DNA of 62,640 nucleotides, filler included, from Dimargaris cristalligena (GCA_003614675.1; 4 parts of 4 records of this genome joined end to end with filler, not necessarily neighbours in it); one strand, 5' to 3'; shown: positions 11,424 to 23,600, counted from the whole stretch's first letter. A program made the numbers and translations. Notes: generated by a model from the sequence alone, not told the origin.

Positions 11424-14400
11424 TTAGAGACCGAACCGCCGTCGAGGGGTAGGTGCACTGCGTTGGGTACGAAGACCGGGTGTTGCTATATTCAACCGGG
11501 AAGGCGCCGTAGCTATCCGCTGGCGGTCATCGTCTTTGGCCCGCTGGTGCTGGAGGCGCTGTTGGTCCGTGGCCATCCGGAGCTCCTCCTGCATATCGCA
11601 CTGCTCGCGCTGGGTTTTGCGCCGCGCCTCGAGATGCCCCCAATTGGCCTCCTTAACACTAAAGAACATGGGGCCCAATTCCGCCAACCAGTGCGGATCT
11701 ACAGCGGTCACGCATTGCATGTATTCTTTAGTGGTCAGGACTAGTTCGTGGTAAACCAGGTAATCAGGCGTGTATCCCAGGCCGTTGAGGGCACTGGTGG
11801 GGTGGAGGTGACTGGGCTGTCCCGTACGGCAATTGATGTATTGGCCGAGGCCCTTTTGCTTAACGGCGTGGTGGAAATAGGCCGAGCAAATGCAACGCCG
11901 GATAACATCCCAATCGGCCCCACTCGACGTATACGGTAGGCGCTGGCTCTTCATAATGTCCACTAATTGGGTACGGATTTCGTGGGCCTTCAGCATAGCC
12001 TTGGGGTTGATGAAATGTTTCACGCACCAACCGTTCCGATACCCATTGGACTTCCAGAGATTATACACATTGAGCAGGGTCAAGTGATCGGACTCCGATA
12101 CGAAGAATTTTTCGCGGGCTGCGTCGCTTTCCTCTAACCGCTCTTTGGGGCGATGGAAGACGGACGGAACAGACAGCATAGATACGATGGTGACAACTTC
12201 GGCCGTGCAGCCCAGAGTATCGGCGGTTAGCAGCATTTTGCAAAGGGCCGGGTCGAGTGGGAATTGGACCATCTTTCGACCCAGGGGGGTTAACCCGCCT
12301 AAATTGTCCAGAGCACCCAGGATCCATAGTTGGTACATGGCACTGTGAATGGTCTCCCGGGATGGCGCATCCATGAAATCAAAGTCCAGGATATTGACCA
12401 CCCCCAGGGATTTGAGTAAGAGCACGACATTAGCCAAATTAGTACGCTGGATTTCCGGAATGATATTGGTGAACATCTCGTGGTCAAACGCCTGTCGGGT
12501 AAAGAGGCGGTAGCAGACCCCCGGGCCCGTTCGCCCCGCTCGACCCTCCCGCTGGTTGGCGTTGGCCTGGGTGATGGGTGTGATTTGGAGAGCGTCCATA
12601 CCGATGCGCGGGTTGTACACTTTTAGTTTACAGAACCCGGAATCAATCACATAGGTGATCCCGTCCAAGGTTAGCGAGGTTTCGGCCACGTTGGTCGACA
12701 CGACGCATTTACGTGCTTTGCCCCCGGCCGGCTTAAAGATCTCGGCCTGCTGGTCCGCGGGTAACTGGGAATACATGGGTAACACTCGTAGTGGGGGCAT
12801 GGTTTGTTCGCCATCCAGGTCGGCCAATCGGTCCGATATTTCGCGGCACGTCACGTCAATATCCTCTTGACCTGTCATAAAAATCAGGATATCACCCGCG
12901 CTCACCGGTTCGTTGATGTGAATTTTAAGGGCCTGGTTAGTTGCACTCTTCACGTAGTCTGTACAAGCGGATTGGCTGTGGAAAGTCTGCACCGGGAAGG
13001 TACGCCCGGGAATGGTAAAGGTGGGTACCATACCGAAGAATTCAGCAAACCGCTCAGCGTTCATAGTGGCCGATGTGACAATGATTCGGAGGTCCAATCG
13101 CCGTGTCACGATTCGTTTCAGCAGCCCCAGCAGAACGTCGGTTTCAAGTGACCGTTCGTGGGCTTCGTCCATAATCAAGCAGCTATACTTGTCAAGGTCC
13201 GAGTCGGTTAACGATTCGCGCAATAGTACACCCGCCGTCATGTATTTAATTTTCGTCTGGTCGCTGGTTTTATCCTCGAAACGAATGGTGTAGCCCACCT
13301 CTTGACCTAGGGGTACACCCATTTCCTGACTTACACGATCGGCTACCGACATGGCCGCCACTCGCCGCGGCTGGGTGCACCCGATTATACCGTTCTGGCC
13401 GTAACCTTCTTCGAATAAGTACTGGGCCAACTGGGTGGTTTTACCGGATCCGGTCTGGCCGACTACCACCACGATGGGATTATCCCGAATAATTTGCATA
13501 AGTTCATCGCGGACCGCGAAGGCCGGGAGAAACTCCCGCTGTTCCCGCATCGATTTACTTCGCGCAAAATCACTCGCTCCGGTTTGGTCGGAACCCGCTC
13601 CGGTATCGGTAGCGGGATTCAAGGACGGGTCCCCCTCTTCTTCCCCCTCCTGTGCCTCTGAGGAGGGCATTCCCATGACGTTTCCCAGAGTAGACCCGGC
13701 CATGTTCAGGGCCTCTCGGGTCGCCTTTTGTTTCTCGACCCTTTCGCGGACTTCTCGAACCAGTTTACTGCCCGTGACAGCTAATTTGGCTAGATCAGAG
13801 GTGGGGTCCCGAACCACTTGGAAAGCCTGGTTAGACTCGCCCGTTACGTCTACTTCTTGGCCTTCGAGAAAGGGGGGCCGCAGATCGTGCACGAGCAAGT
13901 GAACCCGATTGGCGTCCTCGTCGTCATCATCCCCACCCGGGGCCGTCGGGTCAGCCGAAGCCAGACCACTCTGTTGTAGCCGGTTGCTCTCCCACTTATC
14001 ATTTTCCTGCTGGTACTTGAGCTGGCGTGCCGTTTGACGTTTAACCGTACGCTGAGTGAGGGACTGCTCCTTAAGGGCGTCATGTTCCACGTACTGGGTA
14101 AATGAATTGTGTTCCATATCCAAGGCCCCCGACTCGTCCATATTATACCAGTCCCGATCGTCCTGGAGGGCTTCTTCTCGTAATTCAATCCGGTCAATTT
14201 CCGGCGAGATGGGCTCACGCCGCTGAGTGGAATAACCTAAGCGCTGAGTAGTACGCCGATGGTCGCCGCCCCCGTCGTTCGCGCCATGACGAACCTGGGG
14301 GGTGGGCTGGTCCCAGGCCGACCGTCGCACAGGGCTCCGCGGTCTCCGGTCGATAGTTGGGGGACGGGGGTCGGAATAATGTCCCGTGCGGTAGTAGGAA

Positions 14401-14762
14401 CTGCCAGCGCGAGGTTCCCGGGAATCAGAAGCAGGGGGCTCGGCTCGACCGTCCGGGTCGCGGGTTCGACTGGTGGTCCTTCGCTGGGTGGAAGAACCGT
14501 CGAGGGAAAGCCTCGTTCGCCCACGGTGGGGCGAACGAGACCGAGACCGAGACCGGGAACGTGAAGCGCGCCGCCGGCGACTAGATTGATGGGAACTGGA
14601 AAACTCTAGCCCGCGTTGACCGTCGTACCTTTGCCGATGGCGCTGGCGAAGGCGTTCTTGGGCACTGGCGGATAGACCACCGGGATGTGAAGGTGTTTCA
14701 AGACGTCGATTGCCTCGGTAGTGGGCATTTCGGTCATAGAAGGATCGTTCGTCGTCTGGCAT
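11424..14762 (-). CDS. PRP16: Pre-mRNA splicing DEAH-box RNA helicase Prp16/DHX38 (1112 aa, intronless)
   Basis: Helicase motifs GQTGSGKTTQ, DEAHERS, SAT and QREGRAGR. Prp16-specific DRDWY, VHDLRPPFL, DPTSDLA and EQREFLPAFAVR. RS-rich N-terminus. Confidence 0.96.
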   Translation of the reverse strand: MPDDERSFYDRNAHYRGNRRLETPSHPGGLSASAQERLRQRHRQRYDGQRGLEFSSSHQSSRRRRASRSRSRSRSRSPHRGRTRLSLDGSSTQRRTTSRTRDPDGRAEPPASDSREPRAGSSYYRTGHYSDPRPPTIDRRPRSPVRRSAWDQPTPQVRHGANDGGGDHRRTTQRLGYSTQRREPISPEIDRIELREEALQDDRDWYNMDESGALDMEHNSFTQYVEHDALKEQSLTQRTVKRQTARQLKYQQENDKWESNRLQQSGLASADPTAPGGDDDDEDANRVHLLVHDLRPPFLEGQEVDVTGESNQAFQVVRDPTSDLAKLAVTGSKLVREVRERVEKQKATREALNMAGSTLGNVMGMPSSEAQEGEEEGDPSLNPATDTGAGSDQTGASDFARSKSMREQREFLPAFAVRDELMQIIRDNPIVVVVGQTGSGKTTQLAQYLFEEGYGQNGIIGCTQPRRVAAMSVADRVSQEMGVPLGQEVGYTIRFEDKTSDQTKIKYMTAGVLLRESLTDSDLDKYSCLIMDEAHERSLETDVLLGLLKRIVTRRLDLRIIVTSATMNAERFAEFFGMVPTFTIPGRTFPVQTFHSQSACTDYVKSATNQALKIHINEPVSAGDILIFMTGQEDIDVTCREISDRLADLDGEQTMPPLRVLPMYSQLPADQQAEIFKPAGGKARKCVVSTNVAETSLTLDGITYVIDSGFCKLKVYNPRIGMDALQITPITQANANQREGRAGRTGPGVCYRLFTRQAFDHEMFTNIIPEIQRTNLANVVLLLKSLGVVNILDFDFMDAPSRETIHSAMYQLWILGALDNLGGLTPLGRKMVQFPLDPALCKMLLTADTLGCTAEVVTIVSMLSVPSVFHRPKERLEESDAAREKFFVSESDHLTLLNVYNLWKSNGYRNGWCVKHFINPKAMLKAHEIRTQLVDIMKSQRLPYTSSGADWDVIRRCICSAYFHHAVKQKGLGQYINCRTGQPSHLHPTSALNGLGYTPDYLVYHELVLTTKEYMQCVTAVDPHWLAELGPMFFSVKEANWGHLEARRKTQREQCDMQEELRMATDQQRLQHQRAKDDDRQRIATAPSRLNIATPGLRTQRSAPTPRRRFGL

Positions 14763-15069
14763 GGCGCGTTTGTAAAATTGGTGACAGAAAAAAAAATATT
14801 GGATAAAACAATGGCAAAAGTAGCAATGTGAAAATGTGAATTGAGAATGCTGGAAGAAAAGGAATGTAGGGCTAAAACCAACAGGGCCTATATTTTTTGT
14901 TGGTGAAAATTGGAGAGATTGTGAATGTGGGCCACTTATTCTATATACGTGCCATAGTGAACTCTTCAGTCCAGTCTGCGGCTATAGGCCCTGCACTCTG
15001 TTCATATAATATTTCTAGCCGCGATTGGCACGAAACGTTTAACAGGTCAAACTGCCGGTTAATTGCCCG

Positions 15070-15113
15070 GTTATGCCTTTCATCACTGATTGTCTCATGA
15101 TGAAAGGCATAAC
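15070..15113. repeat. Perfect 16-bp inverted repeat with 12-nt loop
   Basis: GTTATGCCTTTCATCA-ctgattgtctca-TGATGAAAGGCATAAC. Confidence 0.9.
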
Positions 15114-15611
15114 TCAGATTAAACGAGCCGGGCGATGTTTAATTATGGTTATGGGAAGTAAATTTTACTGAGTAATATCTACTTGCAATGGCACAGTGTC
15201 TGTATCTCTTATAACTGAAACGGCTAGTCGAATCAGACTATCGAAAAGTTAGTAGAACAATATTGCCCACCCATTAGTAATAATATAGATCGAAATCTAC
15301 CACATGCAATGTCCAGGGCCGGCCATAGTAACACGAAGCAGGGTAGGTTCAACTCTCATGTGTACATAGTAGGCACAAACGCTAGGGATAATATTAGCGG
15401 CAAATATGGGACACGCTTTATTTTAAAGAAACTTGATTTATTATAAACTAGGATCATTTTCTTCTGTGCTGCATTTGTTTAAAAGATATTACTTATCAGC
15501 GAAATTTCAAAATGAATAACTAGAGTAAATTGATCGTATGTAATAAAAAATCTAATCAGCTACTTAAGTTCGTCCATAACATAAAATCGACAACAATCGC
15601 AACCCAATTTC

Positions 15612-15711
15612 NNNNNNNNNNNNNNNNNNNNNNNNNNNNNNNNNNNNNNNNNNNNTTAATTAATTAANNNNNNNNNNNNNNNNNNNNNNNNNNNNNNNNN
15701 NNNNNNNNNNN
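15612..15711. other. Artificial contig spacer
   Basis: N44-TTAATTAATTAA-N44 (stops in all six frames). Confidence 0.98.
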
Positions 15712-15945
15712 CTTAGCTTATTCTTATCCTTAGTTTACTCCTAATAAACTTTATATATACTCATCCTCCTCATATTGACTAGTAAGTATAATTACTGTAT
15801 AACCCTTTTATATACCTACTACTAGCCTTTATTAGTTAGTACTATACCCTGTACCTAATGCTAGTAACCTACTTAGCTACAACAACTATTAGAAGCCTAT
15901 CCCTGGGTCTCTTAATAGACTAAGAGTGGTTAATATGCATAACAA
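15712..15945 (+). repeat. Interspersed repeat (decayed TE fragment), homologous to 62078-62320
   Basis: Shared blocks tagttta..aataaact.tatatat, cctttattagttagtactataccc, cctaatgctagta, aagcctatcc and ctctt.at.gactaagagt. CpG-free. Confidence 0.8.
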
Positions 15946-16043
15946 TATCCTAAGTTATGGAGATATGTCTCTACTTCCTGATGTATTTTGTAAATTTAAT
16001 TAACACTAATCCCTCATTGTGAATTTCCACCAGTAACTAGTAT

Positions 16044-16187
16044 ATATGGGTGAAGTTCAGCTTGGCTATATATGGGTTTAACTGATATGTGTATGGGAAA
16101 ATTAGTGGGATGTTTATTTTCAACCAGTTGTATTTGCCTCATCAAATGGATTTTTCATTATACAGCCTTGTTGAACTACTCCCATAT
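16044..16187 (+). mobile_element. MITE copy, full length (element 16048-16183, TSD ATAT)
   Basis: atat-GGGTGAAGTTC...TTATACAGCCTTGTTGAACTACTCCC-atat. Confidence 0.88.
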
Positions 16188-16308
16188 TAATATATATATA
16201 TATATATTAGGCTGCCTATAGCTACACTAACCAATGCCTATTGCATCTGCTTTGTACAGCCTGATTATTTTCATGGAGAAACACTCAATGGTGGTTGTCT
16301 GTCTTAAT

Positions 16309-16445
16309 ATATGGGGCAGGTTCCAACCTGCTGCATAGCAAAATGCCCATATAATGGACTGGTTTTACAGGCTAATAACAAATCCCATCCATTTTACTAT
16401 CCACACCTCATTCCGGATCTCATTCAATAGTTCCTACTTGCACCC
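16309..16445 (-). mobile_element. Highly diverged MITE copy (inverted)
   Basis: atatggggcaggttccaacctgctgcatagcaaaat resembles the inverted terminus atatgggagaagttcatccaagctgtataatgaaaaat. Ends ttgcaccc ~133 bp later. Confidence 0.45.
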
Positions 16446-17325
16446 AACTGTATATATAGACGAGGGTGGGGATTTAATATAGCATTTATGGAGCAAAATC
16501 AAACAAACAGGCAAACAGATATTTCATAGTATCCACATTTCAGTTGGATGAGCTTAATGAATACATTTATAAGTTGTAGGATTCGAGGGGGCTAATGTGA
16601 ATTCACACCAACACACTACAGGGCCATTAAGGGGAAAATAACTAAACTCCAATTTGACGGGTGTGGAAGGGGGTCATCTGGAAGAGTCATGAAGACACCC
16701 CCGTCTGAGCTATGTACTTTGCTAATAATAAAGTGATATAATAAATGGAAGCTGTTGCAGGTCGATGGATTAAATAAATAGACATGAACTAGGTGAAAAC
16801 ATAATCGGTGATGGAGATGGATGCGAGAAAAACAGGTGTAAGTTGAAAATGGCGGATACATGCGATATGCAAATGTTACCAACATGCATATCACAAAAAA
16901 AAAACTGGAATGAGGGACGCTAATGAGTAGAGAGCGAGATAAAAGGTGTAGAAAAGGACTGTATGAGGAATAAGAGACCATCTTAAAAGATGGGGCGAAA
17001 GCTGGGTGTAAATGTATATAAATTTTGGACATCAGGGAAAAAATAGAAACTAGTTGAGAATTACACTTACAGAATATAACTAAAGGTGGAGGTAATACTG
17101 CCCGGCGAAAATATCCATCAACCGACATGGCGACTTTTCAGTAATCAGTAAAAATATATTAAATAGGATGGCCGAAACTCGAAGAAGTATACCTAATTTC
17201 AATGTAAAGGGTGGGGCGAGGCCAAATCGATACCACACAGGACACACCGGTACATTCAAAAAATTCGGAGCGATAGTCTCGAGGCACCGGTGGGCAAAGA
17301 ATCAGCCAGGATTGGGCAAAAAAAC

Positions 17326-20300
17326 TTAATAGTGACCCCCAGCTGCTGCCGCCGTGGACGACGACGATGACGATGATGCAAAAGGCATGGCCGAAGACCC
17401 GCTCGACTGCATATTAGCGACATTGGAGGATGTCGATGAGATGGAAGAGGTTGATACCACCGAGGTCGATGATGTTGCCTGAGGGGCTGAAGCCAAGTGA
17501 TTTCGATTGTGGGTCGGGTAGAAATTCCCACTCCCATTGAGCTGAGATGCTGCATCCGCGGAAAGGGGTCCGCTGCCGGTACCCGGGGCGCGTTGGTTAT
17601 AGTCGGCCGAGTAGGATGGGGCATGGCCAGCCCCTTTGAGGGCTGAAATGGGATGGTGGCTACCCGTGGCCGTATGTGGGGGTCGATTGGTATACCTCCC
17701 GGAAGTGGCGGAAGACCGGCCACTCTCTCCCTCATTCGCCGGCTCATCGGAATTAAAAAATGGGGAGTGTGATGAAAAGGCCTTGAGGGAAAGTTTAAAG
17801 GGATTGCGTGATGTTGACGACGCCACGGGGGTAGACGGGCCGTTGGAGTGGGGTGAGCCGGTAGCCATGGGTGGGGAAATGGGGGAATAAGGTCGACCTC
17901 CCATGATTTTACCCCCAATGGTCGTTGTCGGGCCGAACGGGTGGGTTCCCCCCGGGATCATAGGGCTGGGCAAGGCCGTTGAGGCAAAGGAGTCGGAGGA
18001 TTTATCACCACTGCCGCCATTTTTCTTTCCGCCTCCCACTACGCGTAGGAATGGCCGCTTGAAACTATTGGCGAAACTCATCGTTGAATGGGCCGACGAG
18101 GGGGTCTCGGGCGGCACTATTGTGCCGCCGGATCCACCATTGCCGCCATTATTGCTACTAGACCAGAAGGGCGAGTATTTACTAGAGTTGGAGCCACCGC
18201 TCCTCGGGTAATCATTCGGACTGTTGCGCCCGAATGTGCCGTTGGTATTAAGGGGTAAAGAAGATGGACTGGGACTCTGCAGGTTATGGGTCGAGAGAGG
18301 TAGATTGCCGTGTGAGGAGCCCAAGGACAGTTTAAGCAGTCGGGATTTCGCCTTTGGACTTTTGGACTCCTTAGTGGGGATGGCACCTGGTAGAGGCGCT
18401 GTATCATTTGTTAGATTTACATAGGCGGAGAGTTGGGGCGACGACCGTTCACTCTTTAGCCCCATCTTACGGTCGGACACTAAAGAATGTTGCGATATGG
18501 CGTGTTTTAGCGTAGGGGTAGCCGACCGCCCGCCGGGCGAACCCAAGTCCAGTCCGGCCGGGGGGATCATGGGTGAAGGGGCTTCTTGAATTGGAGACAA
18601 GTGAGGGGCCATGGGTCCGTTGGACCCATGGGGATAGCTCCCGTTGGAGAGGGAGCCAACGGATGAGGACATGCTAGGGGTATAAGAGTGCCCAAAGGAA
18701 TGGGGGGGTTGGACCGGGCCCGTGGCATCGATGGAACTCTCCGTGAGGGACGAATGGGTCCGATGGGCCAGGATGGCAATTGGCAAAGGCTGTATGGAGG
18801 GGGAGGCGACCAGCTCCTGCGACCCCTGCCGCTGGTGGTGGGAGAGCCCACTCGCCCCTACACTATGGACAGTGCTGGTGGTGGAGGTCTGGGAAGAGTT
18901 GGTGTAGGACCGTTTCCGGAAGTGCTTGTTGATTTCGGGGAAGTACGCCATAATCTGACGCTGGGTATCCTCGTGGAGGTCCTGCAACATCAGCATGTGA
19001 CGCCGCAGGAGGGCCTCCCGTCGGTCGAACATGTAGAGTAGAGCTCGTACGCGTAGCCCCTGGTGGTGGGCCCGGGTGGCCCCTTCGAAGATGAGGGGGG
19101 AAGTGTCCAACGCCATGCGCTGGTGCATTTCGAGCGCACACAGTTCTTTAAGGTGGGCCATGCCGTACCGTTCGGCCATCCCGATGAGCCCGGCTAGGAG
19201 CTTGGTACTACAGCCGGGATCGATGACCCGGGTGTAGATATAACGCCCGAGCTGGTATACTGTATCATAGTTTTCGGGCACGGTGAGCCACCGGCGATCG
19301 GATGTGCCAGCGGCAGAGGGTTTGGCTTTTCCATCGATGGCTACTAGCTGCTCAGCCATGCGGGGCCACCGTTCGGCCATGACGTAGGAATTGAAGGCTA
19401 TCCGCAGACCGTCCCCGGTTATAATGTCCACATCGGAAAACGCCGGGTTGTCCAGAAAGGCCAGTCCAAGCTCTTGACAAGGAATACTAAAGGCCGGCAC
19501 CAGGGGCCGGTAGAGACCAAATGCCTCCAGGCTGATGACCCGGACGTGATTAAAGTTAAGTTGGCGTGAATTATAGTCCTCGGCCAGATCCCGATCGACC
19601 TTACCGAAAACATAGAACCGGTTATAGTCAGCACATAGGAAGCCTTTGTTCCACGACCCACGTTCGAACAGGGGCCCACAGCCGATTTCCTGCCAAGAGT
19701 AATTCCGGAGGTCCAAGGCCCAAATCCGAAAGGCCGATGTGTCCGAACCGATATAGCTCCCGGACATGATGAGATGGTGGCCGAGGCGGGAGGCGGTAGG
19801 AAACCGGAGGCCGGGGGGCAGCGAAGTGCCCGTCATGGCATCGGAGCGGTCGGTTAAACGCCAGTTGGGCTCAGTGAGTACGTGAAGGGAGCGTTGGACG
19901 TCATTGAAGTTATGGTTGGAGTAGATAATCACCCGATCGTGCTGGGCGTCATTGGCCACAATAGATCGGTAAATACCGACATTACGGTCCACTCGACGAG
20001 AGACGCACCAGCCCATGGTGCGCAGATTGAGAATATGCAAGTCCCCCAGGTACTCAGTCTCTAGGTTTTGGCCGCCCATAATGAGCATACGGTGGTTATC
20101 GAGCAAAGTGCAGAGGTGGGCGTAGCGGGGCGGCGGTAAGCCGGATGTCATGCGTGGCACCGTCCAGAGCAGGGACTCCGTATCCAAAATAAGAATGTCG
20201 TTGAGAACACCTACATTCTGGGAATGGGCCTGAAGGCGGCCCATGCCGCCAAAGTAGATAATTTTCCGACCGTACACCACGGCCGAGTGGAAGTAGCGCG

Positions 20301-20640
20301 GGCGAATAAAGGCATGGGCGGCCTCGCTCGAAGGTGGGGGAATATCGGGAGACCCCGGGCTGGGGGCGAGTTGGATATTAACCTTCCGCCAGATAAAGGT
20401 GGCCAGGTTAAGGATATAGAGGTCGTTGGTAAGGATACGCGGGTCGGTTAGCCGACCGGCAAACAGGTATAGGCAACCACCCACTGTGGTGGTGGTGGCA
20501 CCAACCAGCGGTGGGGGACAGTCGCCTTCGGTGCTGACGGTGGACACGGCCAATTCGGTGATGGCATTGCGCATTGTAGAGCTGGCGGTCGAACCGGCGG
20601 GGAGGGCGGATTGGCCCGCCGAAGACCGGGACCCGAGCAT
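17326..20640 (-). CDS. Kelch-repeat + BTB/POZ protein (Mds3/Pmd1/Ral2-like) with a long S/P/G-rich C-terminal tail, ~1104 aa
   Basis: Kelch blades (PPPLVGATTTTVG..LYLFAGR, PRYFHSA, PPPRYAH, PPGLRFP) and a BTB start FSDVDIITGDG. The ATG at 20640 is preferred over the upstream ATG at 20718. Confidence 0.85.
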   Translation of the reverse strand: MLGSRSSAGQSALPAGSTASSTMRNAITELAVSTVSTEGDCPPPLVGATTTTVGGCLYLFAGRLTDPRILTNDLYILNLATFIWRKVNIQLAPSPGSPDIPPPSSEAAHAFIRPRYFHSAVVYGRKIIYFGGMGRLQAHSQNVGVLNDILILDTESLLWTVPRMTSGLPPPRYAHLCTLLDNHRMLIMGGQNLETEYLGDLHILNLRTMGWCVSRRVDRNVGIYRSIVANDAQHDRVIIYSNHNFNDVQRSLHVLTEPNWRLTDRSDAMTGTSLPPGLRFPTASRLGHHLIMSGSYIGSDTSAFRIWALDLRNYSWQEIGCGPLFERGSWNKGFLCADYNRFYVFGKVDRDLAEDYNSRQLNFNHVRVISLEAFGLYRPLVPAFSIPCQELGLAFLDNPAFSDVDIITGDGLRIAFNSYVMAERWPRMAEQLVAIDGKAKPSAAGTSDRRWLTVPENYDTVYQLGRYIYTRVIDPGCSTKLLAGLIGMAERYGMAHLKELCALEMHQRMALDTSPLIFEGATRAHHQGLRVRALLYMFDRREALLRRHMLMLQDLHEDTQRQIMAYFPEINKHFRKRSYTNSSQTSTTSTVHSVGASGLSHHQRQGSQELVASPSIQPLPIAILAHRTHSSLTESSIDATGPVQPPHSFGHSYTPSMSSSVGSLSNGSYPHGSNGPMAPHLSPIQEAPSPMIPPAGLDLGSPGGRSATPTLKHAISQHSLVSDRKMGLKSERSSPQLSAYVNLTNDTAPLPGAIPTKESKSPKAKSRLLKLSLGSSHGNLPLSTHNLQSPSPSSLPLNTNGTFGRNSPNDYPRSGGSNSSKYSPFWSSSNNGGNGGSGGTIVPPETPSSAHSTMSFANSFKRPFLRVVGGGKKNGGSGDKSSDSFASTALPSPMIPGGTHPFGPTTTIGGKIMGGRPYSPISPPMATGSPHSNGPSTPVASSTSRNPFKLSLKAFSSHSPFFNSDEPANEGESGRSSATSGRYTNRPPHTATGSHHPISALKGAGHAPSYSADYNQRAPGTGSGPLSADAASQLNGSGNFYPTHNRNHLASAPQATSSTSVVSTSSISSTSSNVANMQSSGSSAMPFASSSSSSSTAAAAGGHY

Positions 20641-23600
20641 GGGAGAGAGAGAGAGAGTGTGTGTAGATACTATACGGAGTGCTATTAGGATGCAGTCACA
20701 CCGAGGGGTAGGTGACAAGAAGGAGCAGACAATGGCCAGGTGATATTAAACCCCAAATATAGTCTAGTCTGCAGAGTCAAGGGGCCGGGATACGCTATGG
20801 AGAGGCGAGTGGGAGGGGGAGTATACGCGAGTCCTAAGAAAGGAGAGGCAGCTACTGGAGGATAATATAACAAAGCGAGGTGGACGAAATAAAAGTTGGA
20901 CGGGACAGGAGAAGGGTAAAGTAATAACGGAGTAGGCAAGTCGGGACTAGGAAGCGGAGGGGGGTAAAATACAAGGAGAATAACTAACAAGAAGCAGCAG
21001 AACGGGGCACAACAAATGCAGGGTGGGAAGCGCAACCGCGCATAGAGGCACACTGCGCTAGGAGAAGGGGGGTGGCCACTGGGAGTACGGACCGCCGAGC
21101 AAACATGGGCGGCGGAGTTGGGCTGATAACAGTCAAGTCGCTAAAAAGTGACCCCAGGTACAGCAGGGAGAGCCGATGAACTGAACAGCGGTGGGATGAG
21201 GAACCGGTAATGCGGGGTACTAAAGGGTGTACCAATATAAAGCGGAGCCTAGGGAAGAAAGGGGGGCAGGGGAAGTTCTGACCGAGTCCAGGGACCGGGG
21301 CATAGATAATATAACGAAAAAGGCGGGAACGAACCAAGCAAAGGGCAAATACAAGGCCAGAGGGAATGCAAGCACAAGGAACCGGAGGTAATAAAAGAGA
21401 TGGCGGTTGGTGTAAGAGATGGCCAGCGGGAATGAGGGCAGGAATTGAAAAGGGAAGCAAGATGAGCGGTGGCGCGTTTCCAAGCACTGGCTTAGGCCCG
21501 GGCCTTTTTGGGTGGGGAGGAGTTTAGTAGACCGCGCCAGTAAAAACCGGACCATTTCTCTTTCCCTGCTTGACGATAATAATAATGTGATTCCTCCCCC
21601 CGTCGCCGCTGACGTGCCAAACGCAGCTTGTGCGGAGAGCCCGCCCAGTGGGTATCGGGGGAGGAGGAGGCCGGAATAGCCTGCCCTATGTGGAACGACT
21701 CGTTGGGTTTGTCCTATGGCGGAAGCCATCAGCAACGATCGACTCCGCCCCCTCTTTCACTGGTTTGTGGGTGTGTGGCCCCTGGCTCCCCGCTACTTCC
21801 AATTAATATTCGACTGAGCGAATGGCCGCTCATCCATGCGGGAGCAGCCGAACTATTACCCCGCGCGCAGTTAACCCCGGCCTACAATGACTTGACTATG
21901 GCCCAGCCGAACAAGCCATGGGGTCACAAATGCATAAGGAAGGCATGTCTGGTGAACTGGTGTAACGGGTGTAATGACGAAGACTTCGCTGGAGAATAAA
22001 GTAGCTCACTCCTCCGCATTGTCAATTGGGTATGATCTAAGAACCGCCACCGCGTGGCTCTCTTTTCACCCTCCCCCCTGCTCCCCACCATCGAATATTG
22101 CCAATGTGCTCCAACCCCCTAAAGGTCGTTCCTCCCCCCTCTTTCACTACCAACCATTGCGGGGGGGATATCGGACCGGTGGAATGTTGAAAGGGGTATA
22201 GTAATGACTTACCAGCCACGTCAGAAAGCGGGTGAGTCCACACCCCCCCGCATGGATGTCACTCTCGCGTGAATAGTCGGGCTAGGCTTTGTTCCAAGGT
22301 TAAACCAACGGCTTGCACTCCCGGATTATCTATGCCAAATCTAGTGCCCGTCCTTATAAATCCAGTCGCAAAAAAAGAGCAGCCGAATGGACAAGATACG
22401 GCACATTGACATGCCCAAAGAGACAGTATGGATGGGAATTGCTCTCAGTAATTTTTCTAAGCTTGGGGGGCGGGAGTGGCCTGGTTGAGGAGTCCCGGTC
22501 TCCACTACCTGGGGAAATCCGATCGGCCGCTAGCCACCACCGTATTAATTGCCTGAATCATTCCTTTGAATCAGTCCACGATTTAGTAGAACCCACCGCC
22601 CCCATCCCACGAATGGTGCTACAGTGTGGTGGAGTGCTTACCTGCTCGTAGACCGGGGGGTCTGTTTAAGCCATTTGGACCAACTCGGTAGGATCGCGCC
22701 TCACCTCCGCCCCACTGGTGAGACTCGCCTAGAATTGGGTCGAATATCGGGGGAAATGTGGGTTAATAAAGAGAAGTTGGCGTGTTCTCCAGCATGGAGG
22801 TTCGCCCGTCTTCACTATGTTAGTAGGGGTTCTATTCTAAAGAGCGCAATGTGGGAATCGCCTGGGAGTTTGACTGTTTGGGCTCCAAAGGACTGGCTCG
22901 GTGTATCGTATAGCCCTTCTTATACTGCCCATCCCCCCTCTTTATGCGGCCTACAGGGAATATTTTAGGAATAGGGGTGGGCAGTTACTATTGAGTTGAT
23001 GAGAAGTATGAAACAACCAGTTGATTTTGGTGCCACTTGCTATTTTTGCTTGGTGCACATACATGGGTGGATGCTGGGCGGCTAGTCTGACAGGATGGGT
23101 ACACTTAACCCCGATTTCAGGTTACCTTTCATTGTCCTGTTTTTCCAGTAGACACAGAGGGAAGGGCAACACCATGCGAGTGGGCGCCAATTCGCTTATT
23201 GGAAAAAGTATCACAATAACGAGCACCTACAGTGTGGAGTCACACTTGGGATTCGCAGCAGCCTTGTATTGAAGAGAGTAGGTTCGACGTGTGGGTGGGC
23301 CGACCCGTGTGGATAACGGGGTCGCTGGGCCTGTGTAGCACATATATCCAGGAGGAGGGGGTTACAGGGGAGAATAGTATCCAATGCGAGGTGAGTGGTA
23401 AAGGCATGTGGGGCTGAGCTGGACCCGTGCAGACGGACTGGGGTTTATATAGGCCAGGCCGGGGGGGCGGACTGTATCTGGCTGGGGAGGAGCTGCTGAT
23501 GGGGTCATTTTAAGTGGCGGGGATAATTGATTAAGGGAAAGCAGAATATATGCTGCTGGATAGACAGAGTCACTCCTCACCCGTATCTTATTGGTCAGTC

